A DNA stretch of 64,000 nucleotides. It comes from Callorhinchus milii (Eukaryota). A program made the translations under genes and the position numbers. A model generated the notes under the pieces. The model searched no databases. It was not told the DNA's origin and saw nothing but the letters and a program-made list of their open reading frames with translations. Below are positions 58,101-64,000 of this stretch, in pieces (position 1 is the first letter of the stretch; each line of letters starts with the position of its first letter). The stretch covers positions 109,184,001 to 109,248,000 of the forward strand of contig NW_024704742.1 in the NCBI RefSeq assembly GCF_018977255.1. Reading direction: 5' to 3'.

Positions 58101-60158
58101 CTGGAGTTTAATGAGCTAAAATCCATATTTTGCCATTCCAAATACTGTCTGGCAATCTTCCAGCTGCTTGTGTAACTAGGACTACTATTAAAGCTTTAAA
58201 CCTGGTTAACAGGTGCCGAGTGGGAAGAATCCCTGATCCCGTTGACTAATCTGCTCCTTCCCAAGTGCTGCTAATCAACCAGTCATCAGGAATGCCTTGG
58301 AGTACTCTGGACCCGGCTGGTTTGGGAATTGGCCTCTTCAGACCGCCACAGAGTTTCAACTCAACTTTGACATTTGGTAGCCAAGCACATCATTGGAAGC
58401 CAAGCATTGAAACCAGCTTAGCCTCCAAGGAGACCCCGCTTACCATTTCCTTCTCCTAGGTGGGGCATAATCACAAGTTGTCATTGACATCTGACAAGAG
58501 CAGGTTTGAGAGATAACCAATACCAGGAACTCTCTACAAACCTCTTGGTGAGCAGCAAAACTCTGCATTGATTGTGTAAAAGCATTGAACGCCATCCTCC
58601 TGCCCATGTGTTCGGACACACATTCCTACCCACTCCACCAGCTGGAAATGACCACAGCCACTTACCTCTCCCCAACCAGATTCTGTGATAACTGCAGCAG
58701 TAGCTGCCTCTGCTCAAAAGGACACTCCCTTCACTGCATTGCAATGACATTTACCACAGCAGGTTTGGTGGTAAGTCCTGCCCTTGGACTGTTGGGCTTG
58801 TTGCAATAACTAGGTCAGATAGTCAAACCTGTTCATGCAACCACCTCCATTCAGCAACTACCCTGAAACAGAACATACAGCCCGGTTTGCACACAAACAA
58901 ACCCTTATTCAGAGGCCACCCTTGTATAAAGGTTCTTTGGCCCAAGTGATTGTTGAAGACAGGTTTGACTGTATGTGTTTGGGTGTATGTGTCCAGGTTA
59001 CATAAGCCAATCCAATACTAGGTGGTCTGATATCTTCTAAAACTTGGCATATGGCTGAATATGGCCGACACAAATGAGTCAGCATTGTTCAATGGGCTTG
59101 TTCATACAACCTCTATAACTATAACCAGGCATTAATCTCCCAGCAGTAATTGGTCCATTACCTCTATATCAGTGCTCAGTTGTTTGAGTATCCCAGTTAT
59201 AATTTGGATATGCTTCTCTAGCAATTGTTGAGACACTCCCACCACTGTTTGGTTGTTTTGTTTTCCTTTCAAACTGGCAATAATGTCCTCTTTTATCCGA
59301 AATGCCTGCTCGAGAAGTGTTGCTGTTGTCCGTTCCTGATTGGATAGACGATCATCAATGATTTGCAGATGGTTTTTAGATGCCATGGGAATATGAAGGA
59401 ACGATTGGTTTCTAAACGATCAGAATAAAAGGGAGATAGATTAAATTGGTTCTGCTTTATCTCTTAGCATGTAGAACACTGTCATTTAAATGGAGCACAG
59501 TCTTTATTAGAAATAAACATAAATCAAGTAAAAACATCATTAAGTTGCTTGTGCATGATATCATTAGCACAAAATGATTGGCATTTTTGGGTCCTTCCCA
59601 CTATAAGCTCACAGCAAGCTTTCGTTTTGTATAAACACAAAAGTCGCTGGGAGCACACCTTAGGTCATGCTTTTGTTTTGGTCAGCCAGGTGTGTGACAC
59701 CCGTGGGACCTCATGACGGTAAGAGTATCCAAACCAAACTGAGAGCTCCATGCATGTCACCTACACATGGAAATTCCCGTGTTTGGAATGGAATGTGCAT
59801 TCTCTCCCCAGAAGGACACATTCTGCTTATTTAATTCTAGACAGTATTAAGTTGAGGCTGGCAAGAGCTAAAACTCAGAAACCCATTTATAAAGATTTGG
59901 CCAAAAATTTCTCAGGTTTTTTGCCAATTGTCTTAAAACTTAGTATCGCTCAGAATTTTGGAAAATTCTTAAATTCTGTGTTGATTTTTCACAGTATATT
60001 ATGTTTGTTTACAGAATATTTCCTGTGGTAGTTGTTCTCCCTCCCCCCCAATTTGTTATAGGAATCTAGTATCACTTCAGTTTGATCTTTCATTGCAGTG
60101 CATTGTCTCTCACTTACCTCTCTGGCATTTGAACCTGCAGCATATTTTCTCCAGACAT
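46044..60158 (-). CDS. FAM81B: Protein FAM81B (coiled-coil), complete CDS in 8 exons, 371 aa
   Basis: Exons 60118-60158, 59162-59411, 57596-57714, 55554-55683, 53632-53738, 52442-52577, 47909-48104 and 46044-46180 join in frame (1116 nt). Peptides DRLSNQERT..LLEQAFRIKED, GDLRGRVARCDASI and GFQSIKDSISSL match recalled FAM81B. Synteny with TTC37 favours B over A. Confidence 0.94.
46538..46850 (+). mobile_element. tRNA-Ala SINE, young short form, full length
   Basis: Near-identical to 54790-55110 and 63269-63595; CpGs retained. Confidence 0.93.
47909..48104 (-). CDS. FAM81B: FAM81B exon (EMTETKIRERL...IWYELESMKEEYRT)
   Basis: cag|GAA ... ACAG|gtgagt, 196 nt. Confidence 0.92.
48960..49252 (+). 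mobile_element. DeuSINE body
   Basis: ggctgacac..acattaaaccaaggctccatctgcct..atggacattaaaga Deu domain. Confidence 0.8.
49250..50856 (-). mobile_element. 5'-truncated CR1 LINE (RT region) interrupted by a young SINE at 50005-50287
   Basis: ORF 50196-50903: [45 protein letters not shown]; (ATTCT..)n tail at ~49252. Confidence 0.95.
50005..50287 (+). mobile_element. young short-form SINE, truncated at the anticodon
   Basis: Matches 46572-46850. Confidence 0.92.
51300..51510 (+). mobile_element. AmnSINE2-like ancient SINE relic (weaker copy ~40100-40260)
   Basis: gatcactat..cccctgctgaaa..gtgtgga..acagaatc..ctcagctgtg..tcaaatagcc..cactcact..tcacacat is collinear with the recalled AmnSINE2 consensus. 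Confidence 0.6.
52442..52577 (-). CDS. FAM81B: FAM81B exon (IIAAVEEVRAQ...VVREKT)
   Basis: cag|A ... ACT|gtaagt, 136 nt. Confidence 0.88.
53632..53738 (-). CDS. FAM81B: FAM81B exon (LVKLMDKIESS...GDQQHELQLLDF)
   Basis: cag|CTG ... AA|gtaagg, 107 nt. Confidence 0.92.
53925..54145 (-). mobile_element. L2 3' fragment
   Basis: SSTFKTCFKISPFDHPF motif; tail stem-loop remnant. Confidence 0.7.
54790..55110 (-). mobile_element. tRNA-Ala SINE, young short form, full length
   Basis: Reverse complement GGAGTCCTGTAGCTCAGTGGTTAGAGCACTCGCTTTGCAAGCGAGAGACCTGAGTTCAATTCC... to (TTA)n. Confidence 0.93.
55554..55683 (-). CDS. FAM81B: FAM81B exon (CDASISKLAGD...KELEIK)
   Basis: gag|G ... AAG|gtgtgt, 130 nt. 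Confidence 0.9.
57135..57532 (-). mobile_element. DeuSINE (diverged)
   Basis: Reverse complement head gtcagcctggctcacttggtagcactcttgcttctga and a Deu domain. Confidence 0.78.
57596..57714 (-). CDS. FAM81B: FAM81B exon (VLEGQVRVRD...KHLAGIGDLRGRVAR)
   Basis: tag|GTT ... AG|gtatta, 119 nt; contains the family motif GDLRGRVAR. Confidence 0.95.
59162..59411 (-). CDS. FAM81B: FAM81B exon (NQSFLHIPM...LLEQAFRIKED...STDIE)
   Basis: tag|A ... GAG|gtaatg, 250 nt; overlaps ORF 59132-59386. Confidence 0.93.
60118..60158 (-). CDS. FAM81B: FAM81B first coding exon (MSGENMLQVQMPE)
   Basis: ATG at 60158 with an in-frame TAA 9 nt upstream. The strong donor GAG|gtaagt is in the phase the next exon requires. 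Probable acceptor at 60179. Confidence 0.75.
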
Positions 60159-60769
60159 TTTCTTTTAAAACTCCAAAGCTTTGCAATAAAAATGTGCATG
60201 TATATTGTAGCCTTCACTCAGTATAGAGTCTCGGAGCACTGCTTTATTTTATTATCTCTCTACAGGATGAAAAGACAGAGAATTGTTCTGCTTGATATAA
60301 AAGAAACATTTTAAACAATATTAGTTGCTTTAGATTCCTCCTCTCATTCATTAGAATCACAGGAAATTAATGGAAGAAAATTTTGCATTAGATTGCCGTG
60401 TTCCAGTTCCTTAAAGCAAACAACAGTGTTACGAAAGCAGGCAGAATAATTGTCTTAAAGTAAGTACTCCAACATATTCAGACGCTCATGCAACTGTGCT
60501 CAGATATAACAGTTCTTTCAATGAATCGGATTCTTACAAAAGTCATTTCAGGAGGTAACACATCTTTACATGAGGCATTGTGCAGTTTGTAAACTTTTAT
60601 AAATCCCTGATGACTCATTCAGTAAAGGTACTGTCCAGCAAGGAACTCACTAATACAACCCCACTGGCCTTAATACACAAAGGCAGATAGGAGGAGAATT
60701 AGTTAAGGTTTGATCTTTGTGGTTAATAATAATCATTGAATGTAATATAGTGACTATAACGAGAAAACA

Positions 60770-61100
60770 TTTTAAAGTGCTTCTTTGTCTTAATATTGTC
60801 AGGTGACTGTGTATAGTCTGTTGGCAAATGCCAAAGACATTTTGCACACAGCAATGTATCATAAACAGGTATGAAAGTGAATATCAATTTTGGAGGGTTG
60901 CTGGCCAGGACATTGGGAGAAGCTACCTTCTCTTTTCGAATAGTGCCGTGGGATCTTTAACATCTATCTGTCTTGGCAGACCTTGCTTTAATATCTCGTC
61001 CATAAGATTACACTTCACTTAATGCAGCAGGCTCAGTCATTCTGGACTTTGAGCTCAGAGTGCAAATGGGGAATTAAATCCACAACTTTCCAATCCACTG
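60770..61100 (-). mobile_element. DeuSINE (diverged)
   Basis: Reverse complement gttaaagatcccacggcactattcgaaaagag..tgtcctggccagc Deu domain. Confidence 0.78.
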
Positions 61101-61494
61101 TTGAAAGTGCTACCAAACTGAAATAAAATAACAGCTATTCAACCTACCTTAAAAATCAATCAGACTATCATTACCAGAGTGACACTTTCCTACACGGTGA
61201 GCTTAAAGGAAAGGTTGCTTGCTCTGTGTGACAGATGATTTAACAATCTATTGGACAGAAACATGGCATTCTTTACAGGGAAATTGTATTGATTGCAATA
61301 AAAACCTGGAAAGAAACAACGTTATCATTAAAACCTTAAGGTAGGTTGACACAAAAAAAATCAAAAAAGATTTGGTCTGGGTAAATAATGGGCATTTCCG
61401 ATTGTACATGGAAAAACAATTATTTTTAACTATCAGCAAAAGACTTTGTAACTGGGCTCGTCTGTTTCCTGGACTGGCCGGCAAAGCCCTTCCA

Positions 61495-61780
61495 TACGGC
61501 TGTAAACACAACAACTCTGCTTAACAGCAGCAGAGAACAAAAATAACACGCAAACCTACCGTTCGTTGCATTAAATCACATCGGTTAGAGTCGGAACATG
61601 CTGTATAACCAACCGCAAACGCGAGTTGTACTGAGACCTACCTATAAACTGTGGCAAATTCCCACAATTTCCAGAACAGCAGCAAGTCTGAGAGTGTTTT
61701 TGTTTACTGCTGTTTCCAAGTTACTGCAGTGAACCACCACAGGCAGGAGTGGAGTGGTTGCTATTTAGTTGCTGAATCGG
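61495..61780 (-). promoter_or_regulatory. candidate FAM81B promoter / non-coding first exon region
   Basis: Repeat-free and mildly CpG-enriched. Minus-strand donors (gtaggt) near 61555 and 61637, forkhead motifs at 61502 and 61701, and an X-box-like sequence at 61712-61724. Motif evidence only. Confidence 0.35.
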
Positions 61781-62197
61781 CCTCCAACCTGCACCCAAAA
61801 ATATTTAACAGATGAAGGTCTGATCCGAGTCGGATTTAACTTGAAATGAACAAGAATCAGTTCATTGTCAGTATCAGTTTGTTACTCCGAGAGCATTGAT
61901 TTTTGCAGAGAAAATCTCACTCAAAGATCACAACAAAAGATTGGGGTGAAGAAAGCCAATCCTGCCCATTTGTTCTCAAACTTCCAGAGTACCATCCCAT
62001 GGGTCCTAGATCCATAGTCACTGCTATCGTTTGTAAACCGGTATCTTTAATCTGAATAATTCCTTCAGGCAGAGATGACAAGTTAAAATAAACTCTCAGA
62101 AACAAATTAGGGATAAGTCCAGATACAGTGGGTGAATTGGCCCTGACATAAGAAATATGTTTAGACTCGGATGCGGGATTCATTTCAAATACAGTGT

Positions 62198-62507
62198 GAT
62201 GCTGGGACTTGGTTCGATTCCCAGTCAGGATGATACTATAGCCAAGTTTCCTTATTCAGCACACCTCTGTTTATTTAGCAGTAAGTAGGCACCCAGTTGT
62301 TAGTTGATTGGCTTTCCGGAAGTAATAATCCCTCCAAAACAAAATTTGATCATGCAATCCACAACTGTTTGCATGCAATTGACAACTGTATTTCGCCCAC
62401 AAAATATAGAAATATTCCACTTTACAATACATTTGTGAAGTGCTTTTAGACATCTCAACAACGTAATAAGAAGCTATTATTATTATTATTATTTATTATT
62501 ATTATTA
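62198..62507 (+). mobile_element. tRNA-Ala SINE long form (diverged)
   Basis: B box ggttcgattcc, internal segment, (TTA)n tail. Confidence 0.8.
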
Positions 62508-62654
62508 TGAGAGGACTCCAGCATGAGTATTCTGGAAGGGTGAGATCAAATGGACCAAAGGGTCTTCTTCATCCAAACTGATCTTGTGATCTAGCAGTTC
62601 TGTGATGAGATCAGCGGTCTCCTTCAGCATCATAAGTTTCTTCATAGAAATCTT

Positions 62655-62775
62655 CAGTTTCACCCACGAAATATATAGTCAATTCACTCTGTGAAGCATT
62701 TTGGGATGTCATGACGATATGATAAGGTGCTATATCAAATGCAAGGATTATTATTATTATTTATTATTATTATTA
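62655..62775 (+). mobile_element. SINE 3' fragment with (TTA)n tail
   Basis: Family 3' end. Confidence 0.75.
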
Positions 62776-63268
62776 TAAAGTAATTCCTTTCCTATTGAAT
62801 GCCAGATTTTTGAAAAGTGTAACAACACAGAAGAAGACCATTGATCCTACCCTGTCTGTCCAATGCTTATTCCTCAGCTGAAGTTTTACAAAATATTTTA
62901 CAAAGGTGTGGTTCATAACAAATACCTCAATTATCACTGGTGTTGTGAACAAGTAATCTGCCTGTCTGAATCTGCTTGATTTATGCTGGATTTTCACAGC
63001 ATCTTGCCATGATTTTCACAGTAATTTGCTGCAAAAAGCAAAGAATGAATCATAGTTGATCAGTGTGATTCAGAAATAATTCCACTGAAGCCTGCTTGTC
63101 AAGATCAACATGAGGAGTGATTCCTGAGGCTTTGAGAAGGGCAAACGTAATACTATTTATAAGAAATTGCAGGGCTGACCTAGGAGTCTGACATCCATTA
63201 TAAGTAAATTGTTAGAGGAATACTGAAAGAGCAGTAATGGAACACCTAATTAGATTTAGGATGACAAG

Positions 63269-63595
63269 AAATAATAATAATAATAATAATCCTTGCATTT
63301 GATATAGCGCTTTTCACGTCGGGAGGACGTCCCAAAGCGCTTCACAGAACACACTGTAAAGTGAATTGACTGTATATTTGTGGGCAAACGCGGCAGCCAA
63401 TTGCACACAGCAATATCCCACAAACAGTCGTAGATTGAAAATGACCAATTTATTATTATTTTTGGTTTTGCAGGGATTATTATTAGGCTCTGTGTGGAGT
63501 AAGGAAACTTGCCCAAGGTTTCGCCCTCTGCCTGGAATTGAACTCAGGTCTCTCGCTTGCAAAGCGAGTGCTCTAACCACTGAGCTACAGGACCC
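63269..63595 (-). mobile_element. tRNA-Ala SINE, young short form, full length
   Basis: Near-identical to 54790-55110. Confidence 0.93.
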
Positions 63596-64000
63596 CCCCA
63601 TGGCTTTATGATGGAAAATTGTGCTTGATAAATGGAGTATGATGAGGATATAACATAATTCTAGGACTTAAAGAGTAACTCAATGGACATTTTATTTTGC
63701 ATTTTCACAAGGCCTTTGACAAAGTGCAGCAAAAGAGGTTGCTTCACTTGTGTTTAATGGAAATATTATTATTATTATATCTTGCCCCCAGCACTCATTC
63801 TTTTTAGAAAACAGCTACATTACAAATCTTTCTACTTATTGTGCTGCCTGTAATTCATTCAAAATAGTATTGGTAACAGGTTAGCTTCCTCCTGAAAGAC
63901 CCCAAAGGGGTCAAATCTTTTTTCTCATTCTCTTACCCATCCACTTACCTCCTGGATTTATATAATAAAGATTCACCTGAGAAGAGAAAAGGTGAATTTT

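Noticed and set aside
58481..58809. ORFs and a minus-strand GAG|gtaag donor at ~58675
   Set aside because: No FAM81-like peptide in any frame; the real exon is at 57596-57714
1..64000. CRISPR array, operon or other prokaryotic defence system
   Set aside because: Spliced vertebrate genes and retroposons throughout; no regularly spaced direct repeats with unique spacers

Overview
AT-rich vertebrate genomic DNA, most likely a cartilaginous fish. The repeat content suggests a holocephalan such as Callorhinchus (inference, not searched). The window holds two convergent intron-containing genes that are also neighbours in human. (1) SKIC3/TTC37 (SKI complex TPR subunit), + strand: 36 GT-AG coding exons traced from 493 to the stop at 40853-40855, about 1433 aa, with the 5' exons outside the window. 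The exon at 14238-14419 is 1 nt short, which gives an in-frame TAA at 14386-14388; this is either an assembly homopolymer error or a null allele. (2) FAM81B, - strand: complete CDS in 8 exons (60158 to 46044, 371 aa). Introns are dense in retroposons: CR1 and L2 LINE fragments, DeuSINEs, AmnSINE2-like relics, Tc1/mariner-type MITEs, and an abundant tRNA-Ala-headed chimeric SINE with old long and young internally deleted subfamilies. The young subfamily's 3' stem-loop matches that of the young local L2. Several perfect fold-back palindromes are also present. No prokaryote-type system or CRISPR array is present. The most novel-looking signals are the SINE/L2 tail co-evolution, the SKIC3 frameshift, an unclassified repeat that may be 5S-derived, and the intronic hairpins. 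Homology calls come from recalled sequences, not database searches, and repeat boundaries are approximate.
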